Counted from the stretch's first letter, positions 1 through 9,446 are shown. The stretch is DNA of 51,836 nucleotides from Acidobacteriota bacterium (GCA_030597245.1 JAUVSF010000001.1:1-51836); one strand, 5' to 3'. Notes: generated by a model not told the origin, from the letters alone. Program-made: numbers and translations.

Positions 1-1024
1 CGGCTGAAGTAGGGTGTGCGGAGTCCCAGACCGATATGATCCAGACTAGCGGGCGGAGTGTACTCACGAAGAAGGCATTCTGGGAGTCGATGTAACCGTG
101 GTGATTCAGAATACTCGCCTCAACGGGACCCACTGCGCGCGCGACGGGAGTCTCGACGTCATGCCAGGAAGGGCCTCCAGAAGCCGGAATCCCGACCATG
201 TCACCACCGGAGAAGTAGTCAAACAGGCCGTAACTGAGGCAGAAACCGATACTGCATGGATTCTCGCTGGGATGATCCGTCTTGGGAACCTCCTCAAGTG
301 GCGGGAAATGCTCCCGGGTGTTGGTACCCACGCCAGTCCAAATCTGTCCATTCGCAGCGACATTACGAACCTCGAAGTTGGGATAGTCCTCAGGGTTGTT
401 CATCAAGATGATCTGGTCATTGCGCCCTGGCTGGAACCTCTGGATGATCAAGCCGTTCCGCTTGACCTGCGACTGAAGGAATACCCGGTAATTCTCCATC
501 ATCTGATTGTTCAGTGGTGACGGAAAGTCGTAGTCGGGCCAGCCGCGATCGAGTATCTTTCGGATGCGGACATGCTCAGCCACCTCAGTGATTCCACTCA
601 GCCTGTATTTGCCGGAGCTTGACAGCTTCGAGGTTTCTGTCAGGCTCCCCATATGGTCGCCATGAAAATGCGTTAGAAGAGCATAATCAAGGACCGGGGC
701 ATCTTGAACTGGGGTGACGTTCTTGATGTAACGTGCGATCCATTCACCGGGCGCACGCGAATCATTCGGGCGCGGATCTACATGGCGGATCGTTCGCGCA
801 CCCAGGGCACCGGCATCCACAAGCATCGTCGTGGCATCAGGCAGGATGAAGAACGCCGAATTGCCCCTCCCGGTACTGATCTGGTGAATGTCGAGCATCC
901 CTTCCTTCCAGGGAGGTAAGACCTCACCGACTATCTGAGCAGGTGTGGAGCTACCAATGAGCCAGAGACACAAGATCGCCGCCAACGGAAGATGGACGGA
1001 CCGCCGGCACCGTTTTTTCTTCAT
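1..1024 (-). CDS. MBL-fold metallo-hydrolase, secreted; 3' end runs off the window (not in supplied ORF track)
   Basis: Own reverse-strand translation from ATG (1024-1022): MKKKRCRRSVHLPLAAILCLWLIGSSTPAQIVGE... The first ~140 codons (1024 down to ~600) were checked codon by codon and are stop-free; the remainder to position 2 was read through less carefully. Contains LLTHFHGDHMG, the HxHxDH zinc motif of the metallo-beta-lactamase fold, and a signal-peptide-like N-terminus. Confidence 0.8.
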   Translation of the reverse strand, partial: MKKKRCRRSVHLPLAAILCLWLIGSSTPAQIVGEVLPPWKEGMLDIHQISTGRGNSAFFILPDATTMLVDAGALGARTIRHVDPRPNDSRAPGEWIARYIKNVTPVQDAPVLDYALLTHFHGDHMGSLTETSKLSSSGKYRLSGITEVAEHVRIRKILDRGWPDYDFPSPLNNQMMENYRVFLQSQVKRNGLIIQRFQPGRNDQIILMNNPEDYPNFEVRNVAANGQIWTGVGTNTREHFPPLEEVPKTDHPSENPCSIGFCLSYGLFDYFSGGDMVGIPASGGPSWHDVETPVARAVGPVEASILNHHGYIDSQNAFFVSTLRPLVWIISVWDSAHPTSA

Positions 1025-1139
1025 TTCAAAACTCCTCTCAAACTTCCTGTATTACGCTGTTCCGAAGCCACCTCTCCTTGAAATCGCCGAATCCAGCAGC
1101 CAGTCGAATAATGGAAGATGTGGCGTGTCCACTCTTGCC

Positions 1140-3431
1140 CTAATGAAGAGCGAATTCCGCCTCCTTGCCCTCCTGTGAGTTCGTCCCAACCCAGACTTTG
1201 AACCGACCGGGCTCGGCCTCCCATTTTCCGTTGCGCGTGTAGAAAGCCAGTTTCTCCGAAGTGAGTGTAAATGTTACCTCCCGATTCTGGCCAGAAGCCA
1301 GTTCAATCTTCTGAAAGCCCTTCAACTCCTTCACCGGACGAGTAACGCTACCCACAAGGTCGCGAACATAGAGTTGGACTACTTCAGCCCCCGCACGCTT
1401 ACCTGTGTTGGTAAGCCCAACCGTGACCCTCAACTCACCACCCATATCGATGGTCTCGCTGCTGAGCCGAATATCGGAATACTCGAAGTTGGTGTAGCTC
1501 AGGCCGAATCCAAATGGATAGAGCGGCGTATTCAGGGCGTCAGTGTAATGGGACCAAAATACAATCGACCCACCCGTGGGACGCCCCGTACTCTTATGAT
1601 TGTAATAGAGGGGCAACTGTCCTCCGTGTCGAGGAAAAGACACTGGGAGCTTTCCGGAAGGATTATAGTCGCCAAACAGAACATCAGCGATTGCGTGCCC
1701 GGCTTGAGAACCCAGGTGCCAGGTGTTCAGAATAGCCGGGACGTTTTCCGCCATCCAGTTAATCACTAGCGGCCGGCCGGCCATCAGCACAACGACAACG
1801 TTCTTGTTCGCTTTATAGATTTCTTTCAGCAATTCCTCTTGGACCCCCTTGAGCCCGATCTCAACCTGGCTCCGGCCTTCTCCGGTCTGCCAGGCATCTT
1901 CGCCGATAGCCAGGACAACGACATCAGCCTTTTGCGCTGTTTCGACGGCGGCCTGGAAGCCCGACTTATCGTTTTCGTTGTATGTAGAGGACTGGAGAAA
2001 ATTGCGCTGCCCTATTGCCAGTTTGGCTCCCTCGGAATAGAGGACTCGGGCGTTCGAACCCACCGCTTCGTTGATGCCTTCCAGAAGAGAAACGGCCGAG
2101 TTTGTGATCGCCTGGGCCCGCCAACTCCCGAGCGGGGCGTCCTTGTCAGCGGCGAGAGGCCCGATAACCGCGATGGTCCCTCGGTTCTTGTTGAGCGGCA
2201 GAAGATTACCGTCGTTCTTCAACAGGACAATCGACTTGCGTGCAATGTCACGAGACGTCAGCAAGTGTCCTGCACTCAGAATCACCTGCTCCTCCCTCTC
2301 GTTGTTCGAGTAGCCATACGGGGCATCAAAGAGTCCCAGCAGAAACTTGATTCGAAGGATTCGACGCACTGAGTCGTCGATCAGCTTCTCCTCGACCCTG
2401 CCGGATTTCACCAAATCAGCCAGAGTCTGGACGTATGCGCTCGATTCCATATCCATGTCGCTGCCTGCAGTGATCGCAAGCAGAGCCGCATCTACGTTAT
2501 CCTTCGCAATTCCATGGGTAATCAGTTCACCGATTGAACCCCAGTCCGAGACCACGAAACCGTCGAATTCCCATTCACCTTTCAGGATTTTACGCTGCAG
2601 GTGAACGCTTGCCGTCGCAGGCACTCCGCCAATCTCGTTGAACGCGTTCATGAGAGTTGCGACCCCAGCATCCACAGCGGCTTTGAAGGGAGGTAACGCG
2701 ATATTACGCAGCGTCTGTATTGAGATATCAACGGTGTTGTAGTCTCGGCCGGCTTCGGCGAAACCGTATGCAGCGTAATGCTTGGCACAGGCCGCGATCG
2801 TGTCGAGAGCGGAAAGACTGGACCCCTGGAATCCCTTGACTCGGGCCGCTGCCACCTGCGCTCCCAGATGGGGATCCTCTCCAGCGCCTTCCATGATTCG
2901 ACCCCAACGGGCGTCCCGGCAGATGTCCACCATCGGGGCAAAGGTCCAATGCAGCCCCGCTGCGGCCGCCTCGGTCCCAGCAACACGAGCCGACGCTTCG
3001 ATCGCGTCGAGGTCCCAGCTGGCGGCTTCACCCAGGGGAATCGGGAACATGGTCCGGTAACCGTGAACGACATCCAGGCCAAGAATGAGGGGTATTCCCA
3101 GGCGACTGTTTTCCACCGCCAGCTGCTGGGCACGTCTTGTCGCGTCTGCGCCGACTACATTCAGCATCGAGCCAACCTGTCCCTTGCGAATCTGCTCATA
3201 GCGGATCTTGTTGCTTCCTGCAGCAGGAGCAGGGCCGGTCACATCGAAAGTGCTGCTGTACTGGTTTAGCTGGCCAATCTTCTCCTCGAGAGTCATTTTG
3301 CCCAACAGAGAGTCAACCTTCGCCTCGATTGCCGGATCGATAAGGGATTGTCCCGAAATGGATCCGATGCAGAGAGAAACGAGCAGCACAACTCCCAGAG
3401 CGACGCCAAACTCAAACCGGATGTACTTCAT
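1140..3431 (-). CDS. bglX: glycoside hydrolase family 3 beta-glucosidase (BglX-like), secreted
   Basis: 763-aa ORF with signal peptide MKYIRFEFGVALGVVLLVSLCIGSISG. GH3 hallmarks present: KHYAAYG, and GFVVSDWG (nucleophile Asp region). Length and C-terminal domain are typical of periplasmic BglX. Confidence 0.9.
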   Translation of the reverse strand: MKYIRFEFGVALGVVLLVSLCIGSISGQSLIDPAIEAKVDSLLGKMTLEEKIGQLNQYSSTFDVTGPAPAAGSNKIRYEQIRKGQVGSMLNVVGADATRRAQQLAVENSRLGIPLILGLDVVHGYRTMFPIPLGEAASWDLDAIEASARVAGTEAAAAGLHWTFAPMVDICRDARWGRIMEGAGEDPHLGAQVAAARVKGFQGSSLSALDTIAACAKHYAAYGFAEAGRDYNTVDISIQTLRNIALPPFKAAVDAGVATLMNAFNEIGGVPATASVHLQRKILKGEWEFDGFVVSDWGSIGELITHGIAKDNVDAALLAITAGSDMDMESSAYVQTLADLVKSGRVEEKLIDDSVRRILRIKFLLGLFDAPYGYSNNEREEQVILSAGHLLTSRDIARKSIVLLKNDGNLLPLNKNRGTIAVIGPLAADKDAPLGSWRAQAITNSAVSLLEGINEAVGSNARVLYSEGAKLAIGQRNFLQSSTYNENDKSGFQAAVETAQKADVVVLAIGEDAWQTGEGRSQVEIGLKGVQEELLKEIYKANKNVVVVLMAGRPLVINWMAENVPAILNTWHLGSQAGHAIADVLFGDYNPSGKLPVSFPRHGGQLPLYYNHKSTGRPTGGSIVFWSHYTDALNTPLYPFGFGLSYTNFEYSDIRLSSETIDMGGELRVTVGLTNTGKRAGAEVVQLYVRDLVGSVTRPVKELKGFQKIELASGQNREVTFTLTSEKLAFYTRNGKWEAEPGRFKVWVGTNSQEGKEAEFALH

Positions 3432-3636
3432 AACCGCCTATTGTTTGGTTTTTCACAGAGATTTCAAGGGGAGGCGGGAGCTTTGGTGCGTTGCCCCAAC
3501 CGCCTTCCAGCAGTGCATCGCCCTTACAGGGCTCCCACAACTGCGAGTTTCAACTACCTGGGGTTCCGCTTCGCTCCACCCCAGGCTATTAAGCACCGCA
3601 CCTTCAGTGCTCTTTTGTGTCACCCGTCTCTCTTCA

Positions 3637-3720
3637 CCTTTGCGTTCTTTGGGCCTTGGCGTGAGATGTCTTGGCGTGAAAACGGATTCATTTCACACAA
3701 AGGCGCCAAGACGCTAAGGG
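3637..3720. repeat. palindromic intergenic repeat, copy A (CCTTTGCGTTCTT..GGCGTGA..TTTCAC.CAAAG..CGCCAAG)
   Basis: cttggcgtgaaa / tttcacacaaaggcgccaag form an imperfect hairpin. A second copy is at 21163-21216. This copy has an internal duplication of cttggcgtga. Confidence 0.7.
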
Positions 3721-3804
3721 TTTAACCCAACACCGACTTTTTGCAAGTTACTACTTACTTCTAATTTCCACCCCGGGTACTGATAACCGATAACTGATCA
3801 CCGT

Positions 3805-4722
3805 TTAGTCACGGACTAAACGAAAACCAAGGCGGTAATGATAATCGAACGCCTGTTCATAGCAACGAGTGGCTGAACGCCCTCTTCCGTGGCACAGAGC
3901 ACCTCGGTAGACATGATTGGACAACCAGGGAGTGTAGTTGGCAACGTTCAGCCAATAGGGTTCCGGGCCTCGGGGATCTTGCGTCGTCCCCCTTGGATAC
4001 GGCTCTTTCCAGAGGTCCGAGCACCATTCTCCAACGTTTCCGTGCATATCATAGAGACCCCATGGATTTGGCAACTTCAGGCCAACCTCTGCAGCCGGAC
4101 GCGCGTTCCATCCCCACCATATGTAATTTTCGGCCAAGGAACTGTCCTGAAATGAGTAGGGCGTAGTAGTGCCCGCACGGCACGCGTATTCCCACTCCGC
4201 CTCAGTGGGCAAACGAAAGGACCCAAGGCCCATCTTGTTGAGTGCCTCGACAAAATCCCGACACTCATTCCAGGAGATCTTGGCAGCTGGATAATTGGCG
4301 CCACGCTTTATCCACTTTGATTCCGGAAGCGGTTCGCCCATGACAGCTTCCCACTGAGCCTGCGTGACTTCATACCTCCCGATGAAGAAGCCCTTCCCGA
4401 TGGTGACTTCATGTGCCAGCCATTCCCAGTCGGGCCTGCGCCCCTCCTCGTCAACTGGAGAGCCCATAAGAAAGGCTCCGGCTGGAATGAAGATCATCTC
4501 CAGAGGCTTGGCTCCATCAGGCAGGCCCAGAGGGATCGTTATCATTTCGAACTCAACCGCCACGGTGAAAGCGGGCTCAGTGCTTGGCAGGGTGCAGTCT
4601 TTGCCTTCGAATCGCATAACAGACTCTCTGGCGAGTTGGATGAGAGCAACGGCCAACATTAAGATCAAGAGCAGCCCGCCAATCCATTTCAGTAAATGGC
4701 TCATCGACCCACGTTTCATCAT
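3805..4722 (-). CDS. formylglycine-generating-enzyme (SUMF1/EgtB/PvdO) domain protein, N-terminal membrane anchor
   Basis: 305 aa with TM helix LLKWIGGLLLILMLAVALIQL. FGE-sulfatase signatures: RLPTEAEWEYACRAGTTTPY and GLYDMHGNVGEWCSD. Confidence 0.85.
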   Translation of the reverse strand: MMKRGSMSHLLKWIGGLLLILMLAVALIQLARESVMRFEGKDCTLPSTEPAFTVAVEFEMITIPLGLPDGAKPLEMIFIPAGAFLMGSPVDEEGRRPDWEWLAHEVTIGKGFFIGRYEVTQAQWEAVMGEPLPESKWIKRGANYPAAKISWNECRDFVEALNKMGLGSFRLPTEAEWEYACRAGTTTPYSFQDSSLAENYIWWGWNARPAAEVGLKLPNPWGLYDMHGNVGEWCSDLWKEPYPRGTTQDPRGPEPYWLNVANYTPWLSNHVYRGALCHGRGRSATRCYEQAFDYHYRLGFRLVRD

Positions 4723-4993
4723 CTTTAGGGCCTCAAGTCAACCAGGATGTAGCTGGCGGTTCCGCTTGCGGGCGTCAAGCGTGCCGGAAAGCTCAAATGG
4801 AGGGAGGATTATTCTGGATTCCCCGTTTCTTTGAAGCGCTTCAGCCTCTCGAACTGGCCTCTGAGAACACCGTCAACCGCGAGGGTCCAGGAGTCCAAGT
4901 CCTCTTTCAGATAGCCTCTCACCTCCGGAGGCTTCCAGTGTGGCAATTCGACCGGTAGGCTCACGCTTCAAGTCGATTCTTGAGCAGCGATTC

Positions 4994-5851
4994 TCAATCC
5001 AGAATGACCGTCCTCTTGATGTAGTCGAGTTTTGGAAACTGTTTTCTCAAGTAGCTATTCCCTCCTTCGCCGAATAGCTGTTGTGACGGGCCTCTGCCGC
5101 GTGGAGCTCCCTCCCCATAGCCTGAATGCAAAGAGTCGACCACCGACATCCCCTCAACAACCCGCCCGATAGGCGAAAAGCCCATGGAATCGAGACTGAG
5201 GTTATCTACAAGATTGATGAAAAGTTGAGTGCTTCGGGAATTGGGGCGACTGCTTTTCGCATAAGTGAGGAATCCTCTCTTGTTGGAAGCCTTAACGGGC
5301 TCATCGTCTACATTCGCATCGGCCCAGACGGTGTTAATCTCGGGATCACCATGGATACCGAATTGAACCATGAACCCTCCTATTACCCTGAAGAAAGCGA
5401 CATCCGCATAGTAGCCAATCTCGACAAGGCGGTAGAAATGGTCAACTCCTTTGGGAGACCATTCACGAATCAGCTCCACGACAAAGTTCCCTTTTGTCGT
5501 TTCAAACAGCACCCTGAACTCGGCTTGGGCCTCGCCATACGGTGCGCCGGCGTCCCTGAGGCTACCCTTCTTATCCGGTTCAACCTGCTCCACCTTTTCA
5601 TCGTCAGCCTCGGCCTTCTCTACAGCTGCCCCCTCCTCGACGTCACCGCCCTCGTCTGCGGCTTCCTCGTCGAGTTCTGACTCAACCTCGTCGGCTATCT
5701 TTGCTGCCGCGGGTTCCGTCTGCGAGCGGGCTGCAGTGGTCTGCTGCTCAGGTTGCTCGACCTCCTCCTCATCTGCTCCCGCACAGGCGGTCAACCCCAG
5801 AGCCAACAAGAACACCAGACATGTCCAACCGAATCTTTCCTTGATCATCAT
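4994..5851 (-). CDS. cyclophilin-type peptidyl-prolyl cis-trans isomerase lipoprotein with a long acidic E/A-rich linker
   Basis: Lipobox LALGLTAC. About 90 aa of E/A/D-rich low-complexity sequence, then a cyclophilin core (FFRVIGGFMVQFG, TQLFINL). Confidence 0.88.
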   Translation of the reverse strand: MMIKERFGWTCLVFLLALGLTACAGADEEEVEQPEQQTTAARSQTEPAAAKIADEVESELDEEAADEGGDVEEGAAVEKAEADDEKVEQVEPDKKGSLRDAGAPYGEAQAEFRVLFETTKGNFVVELIREWSPKGVDHFYRLVEIGYYADVAFFRVIGGFMVQFGIHGDPEINTVWADANVDDEPVKASNKRGFLTYAKSSRPNSRSTQLFINLVDNLSLDSMGFSPIGRVVEGMSVVDSLHSGYGEGAPRGRGPSQQLFGEGGNSYLRKQFPKLDYIKRTVILD

Positions 5852-5980
5852 CTCTACTCCAGTTCTTAATTTCAGATTAACGTATCGCGCATAATACCAG
5901 AATCAACTCGGCACGAGTCTCGCCGTCTCGAGGTCTTGAGGCCTCGGGGTCTCGGAGGCCCGAGGCTTGGCAAACGACGA

Positions 5981-6103
5981 ACCGGTTATCGGTCAACGGT
6001 AATCGGTTAAAGAGATTCACCACCAAGAGCACCAAGATCATGTCACCCTGGAGAAACGACGATCTCTAACGCACCCCGATTACCGATAACTGATAACCGA
6101 TTA
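5981..6103. repeat. long imperfect hairpin built from CGGTTATCGG / CCGATAACTGATAACCG words
   Basis: Left arm accggttatcggtcaacggtaatcggttaaagagat (5981-6017). Right arm atctctaac..ccgattaccgataactgataaccgatt (6062-6103) is its approximate reverse complement. Related words occur at 3781-3803 and 36941-36975. Confidence 0.6.
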
Positions 6104-6107
6104 CTAC

Positions 6108-6989
6108 TTACTTCTTACCTCTTGAGTCGGAGTACTCTTCCAGCATCTGTCGGAGCGCTACCCGCCAGTCAAGTGGCTGCAAGCCGAGCAGTTCCCACGT
6201 TCCGGCCGTGTCAAGCACGCTGTAACGTGGGCGCTTGGCTGGGGTCGGATAATCCGACGAGTCGATCGGGTCAATGGATACCGATCTCTCCAGCAGCCCG
6301 CCTCGGAGCGCCTCATCTCGAATCGCCAAAGCGAAATCGTACCAACTGGCCGTTCCGGCATCGCACCAGTGCAAGATTCCCGAGAGTTCGTTCTTGAGCC
6401 CCGCCACCCAGATCGCTCTGCTTAGTGTTTTAGCCCAGGTTGGTGAACCTACTTGATCTGCCACGACGCTGAGGTGGTCCCTCTCGCGCATCAATTGCAA
6501 CATTGTTTTGACGAAATTCCTGCCGTATGCCGAGTACAACCATGAGGTCCTGATAACCACACTCCGGCATGGCAGCGTCTTCATCACAAAGCGCTCACCT
6601 TCCAGTTTGCTGCTCCCATAAGTATTGATCGGTCCGGTCGAATCGTCTGGTCGATAAGGTCGAGATGCACTGCCGTCAAAAACAAAGTCTGTGGATACAT
6701 GTATAAGTTTTGCTCCTGCACGACGAGCGGCTACCGCCATGCACTCCGCACCAACCGCATTCACATTGAAGGCTTGTTCTTCTTCGCTTTCGGCCTGATC
6801 CACGGCTGTGTAAGCAGCAGCGTTGATAATGAGCCGAGGCTTCACTTTTGAGACCAGGGCCGTCACTTCAGTCGCTCTGGAAATATCAACATCCTCAAGG
6901 TCTACGCCAGTCACCTCGCACTCGGGAGGCCGAGTTCGGATCAGTTCCGTTCCCAGTTGTCCCTTAGAGCCGGTTATCAGAACTCGCAT
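6108..6989 (-). CDS. rfbD: dTDP-4-dehydrorhamnose reductase
   Basis: 293 aa. N-terminal Rossmann motif MRVLITGSKGQLG, overall RmlD-type sequence (AAYTAVDQAE, STDFVFDG, YGSSKLEGE). Confidence 0.88.
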   Translation of the reverse strand: MRVLITGSKGQLGTELIRTRPPECEVTGVDLEDVDISRATEVTALVSKVKPRLIINAAAYTAVDQAESEEEQAFNVNAVGAECMAVAARRAGAKLIHVSTDFVFDGSASRPYRPDDSTGPINTYGSSKLEGERFVMKTLPCRSVVIRTSWLYSAYGRNFVKTMLQLMRERDHLSVVADQVGSPTWAKTLSRAIWVAGLKNELSGILHWCDAGTASWYDFALAIRDEALRGGLLERSVSIDPIDSSDYPTPAKRPRYSVLDTAGTWELLGLQPLDWRVALRQMLEEYSDSRGKK

Positions 6990-6992
6990 TGT

Positions 6993-7553
6993 TCACCCGG
7001 TTGAGAACTCTCGAGAGAGAATCCCGTAATTGAGAAAGTCATGGCGCTGATCGTACCGGACAACGGCTTCTCTCATGACACCTTCCAGCTTAAAGCCATT
7101 TCTCTCAAGAACCTTCCTGGAACCCACATTAGGCTCGAACGTGGAAGCGTAGATCCTGTGGAGGCCTAGCTCTTTAAAGGCAAACCGAAGCGCGAGGCCG
7201 ACGGCCTCAGTCGTCAAGCCCTTTCCCCAGTACGGCCTGCCGGTCCAGAATCCCAATTCGGCACATCCATGTCTGAGCGCGACGTTTGAAAGACTAACTA
7301 CACCTAAGAACTCCCTGGTCTGCTGGAGTATTTCCGCGAACACGAAGGCCTCGCCCTTTCTCCACTGTCGCCGGCACTTGCGAATGAACTTCACCGCGCC
7401 ATCTTCTGGATAAGGATGAGGAATCTGGATAGTCCAGCGAACAACTCCCTCGTCGTTTATCAGCTGCCACACTGGATCTGCATCACCCAGCCTGATCTTT
7501 CTGATTAGAACGCGTTGACCTTCGATCTCTATTGGAGTGCGGATCATAATCAT
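6993..7553 (-). CDS. GNAT family N-acetyltransferase (RimJ/RimL-like)
   Basis: 186 aa. Acetyltransf_3-like pattern (LIRKIRLGD, WGKGLTTEAV, HRIYASTFEPNVGSRKVLERNGFKLEG). Stop lies 3 nt before the rfbD start, consistent with co-transcription. Confidence 0.85.
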   Translation of the reverse strand: MIMIRTPIEIEGQRVLIRKIRLGDADPVWQLINDEGVVRWTIQIPHPYPEDGAVKFIRKCRRQWRKGEAFVFAEILQQTREFLGVVSLSNVALRHGCAELGFWTGRPYWGKGLTTEAVGLALRFAFKELGLHRIYASTFEPNVGSRKVLERNGFKLEGVMREAVVRYDQRHDFLNYGILSREFSTG

Positions 7554-7855
7554 CCTCGACAGCTTAAGCTATACTTTTTCGCACTATAGGACAACGAGGA
7601 ACTCATCGGTTGTTCGAAAGCCGGTGCACGGCGAACGTTAGCAACTTGACTCGGAGACTCGGGCAAGACAAAGTGAATGGAAGCAAGGTGACTGGGCGAA
7701 CGGAAAGGTGCTTGGAGCATCTGACGTTTGGCTACCTGTTGATCGCTTTCTAGAGATCTGGTGTTTGAGAGAGCACCCTGAGTTCAGTTGCAGTCTGGAG
7801 CCATGGGCGGTTGCTCCCAAGTCGCGTTTTTGGGTATAAACTAGGACCCACCAAG

Positions 7856-8710
7856 ATGATTTCAGCGAAGACTAAACTATGCGCAGTGATTGGTGATCCT
7901 GTAGAGCACTCTCTTTCTCCTCAGATCCACAATGCCGCTTTCCGGGACAGCGGCCTCGATTTCACCTACGTTGCTTTCCATGTCAGGGCAGGTGATATCG
8001 AGAGCGCAATCAGAGGGATACGTGCGTTGGGAATCCGAGGTCTGTCCGTAACTATCCCGCATAAAGTTGCCATCATTCCTTACCTGGACGGCATCGACGA
8101 AATAGCCGGCAACATAGGTTCAATCAATACCGTCGTGAATAACGACGGGCACTTGACCGGGTGTTCCACCGACGGCCCTGGTGCACTGCGTGCTCTTCAG
8201 GCGGGGGCCTGCGATCTAGCTGGGCAGACTGTGTTGTTACTCGGTTCGGGTGGGGCCGCGCGGGCAATTGCCTTTTCTTTGGCTACCATCAGCCCTCCTC
8301 CTCAGCTGACAATTCTCGGCGTTGAGCCGGATGAGTTATCGAGTTTGGAACGTGACCTGAGTGATCGAACTCCTCTCTCTGTTGTGGCGTTTCCGTATTC
8401 TGAACAGACGCTTGATGAGGCCAGCGAAAATTCCGGATTGATCATCAACGCGACTCCGGTCGGGATGACGCCGAATGTAGGCAGTTCTCCTTTCCCGGAG
8501 GAGCTGATCCGTGCAGAGCACACAGTATTCGACATCGTGTACACTCCTTTTGAGACCAAGCTGCTGAAGGACGCGAAGGCGGCCGGCGCTCGGGTTATTC
8601 CGGGTATTGGCATGTTTGTGCATCAGGCAGCCATTCAATTTGAATTGTGGACCGGCCAACCGGCGCCTCTGGACGTGATGACCGGAACAGTAAAAGAAGC
8701 CTTGTTATGA
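7856..8710 (+). CDS. aroE: shikimate 5-dehydrogenase
   Basis: MISAKTKLCAVIGDPVEHSLSPQIHNAAF, LSVTIPHK, GSINTV, GSGGAARA. The ATG at 7856 is preferred over the TTG at 7811 used by the track. Confidence 0.9.
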   Translation: MISAKTKLCAVIGDPVEHSLSPQIHNAAFRDSGLDFTYVAFHVRAGDIESAIRGIRALGIRGLSVTIPHKVAIIPYLDGIDEIAGNIGSINTVVNNDGHLTGCSTDGPGALRALQAGACDLAGQTVLLLGSGGAARAIAFSLATISPPPQLTILGVEPDELSSLERDLSDRTPLSVVAFPYSEQTLDEASENSGLIINATPVGMTPNVGSSPFPEELIRAEHTVFDIVYTPFETKLLKDAKAAGARVIPGIGMFVHQAAIQFELWTGQPAPLDVMTGTVKEALL

Positions 8711-9243
8711 GCACCATGAACCTTGTTTTGATCGGATATCGCGGCACTGGGAAAAGCACAATCGGGAAACTACTTGCCGAGGAGCTGCAATTGCGTTTCG
8801 TCAGTCTGGATCATGAGATTGAGGTTCGGGCCGGAATGAGTATTCCTGAGATCGTGGACCAGGAATCATGGGAGGATTTTCGGGATCTCGAGGAAGAAGT
8901 TGTGGGTAAATTCGCGTCTCGGGATGGCCTGCTCCTGGATACAGGAGGCGGGGTCGTCACACGAGAAAAAAATATCGGTCGGTTGCGACGTAATGGCGTA
9001 GTTATCTTGCTGGAATCAACGGTGGAAGACATCGTACTGCGAATTGGATCCGACGATGAACGCCCCTCGCTGACGGGTACTCAAAACTTTACCGAAGAGG
9101 TCGAGCAAGTCTTGAGTTCCAGGGAAGCACTTTACAGATCTGCTGCTGACTTCACCATTAACACGTCAGATCGAAGTCCGGAAGAGGCAACGTTGGATAT
9201 CGCCGCGATCTTTCGGGAGGAATTGAGGAGTCGAACGGGCTAG
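8707..9243 (+). CDS. aroK: shikimate kinase
   Basis: MSTMNLVLIGYRGTGKSTIG (Walker A). The ATG at 8707 overlaps the aroE stop as ATGA (8707-8710), consistent with translational coupling. Confidence 0.9.
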   Translation: MSTMNLVLIGYRGTGKSTIGKLLAEELQLRFVSLDHEIEVRAGMSIPEIVDQESWEDFRDLEEEVVGKFASRDGLLLDTGGGVVTREKNIGRLRRNGVVILLESTVEDIVLRIGSDDERPSLTGTQNFTEEVEQVLSSREALYRSAADFTINTSDRSPEEATLDIAAIFREELRSRTG

Positions 9244-9446
9244 CTGCTCACCTCTGCGACTTGCGCTCGAGAGAGCTGAGCATCGGTTAGAAATGTCTGT
9301 ATCGCGCTGCGAAGTGCTTCGGGAAAGGGAAGGCCGCAAATCAAGCAAACATCGTACACACTTCCCACCTGAACATCAGAATCGTAGCGCACGACCGACT
9401 TGCAATTAGGGCACGGAATGAGAATCTCACCTGCGGTCATCGGCAA
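9240..9446 (-). CDS. small zinc-ribbon protein (CPNC...CLIC), function unknown
   Basis: 66-68 aa with two CxxC pairs. Lies 79 nt downstream of the pentapeptide-repeat gene on the same strand. Start is TTG 9446 or ATG 9440. The 3' end overlaps the aroK stop by 4 nt (convergent). Confidence 0.5.
   Translation of the reverse strand: MPMTAGEILIPCPNCKSVVRYDSDVQVGSVYDVCLICGLPFPEALRSAIQTFLTDAQLSRAQVAEVSS

Noticed and set aside
98-1224. Track ORFs 98..520(+), 106..363(-), 704..919(+), 945..1178(+), 1021..1224(-)
   Set aside because: The long open minus-strand frame (1-1024) with an HxHxDH motif explains this region, apart from a 115-nt intergenic gap at 1025-1139 and the bglX 3' end. The listed ORFs are shadows or short intergenic and out-of-frame ORFs with no protein-like sequence.
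3208-3725. Track ORFs 3208..3717(+) and 3348..3725(+) spanning the bglX upstream region
   Set aside because: They overlap the bglX 5' end in antisense and then run through the palindromic repeat. The composition is not protein-like.
4809-4964. Possible 51-aa minus-strand ORF (VSLPVELPHWKPPEVRGYLKEDLDSWTLAVDGVLRGQFERLKRFKETGNPE) in the gap between the cyclophilin and FGE-domain genes
   Set aside because: It has only non-ATG starts (GTG/TTG), no convincing ribosome-binding site and no recognisable family. It is kept as a note only; conservation in relatives would be needed.
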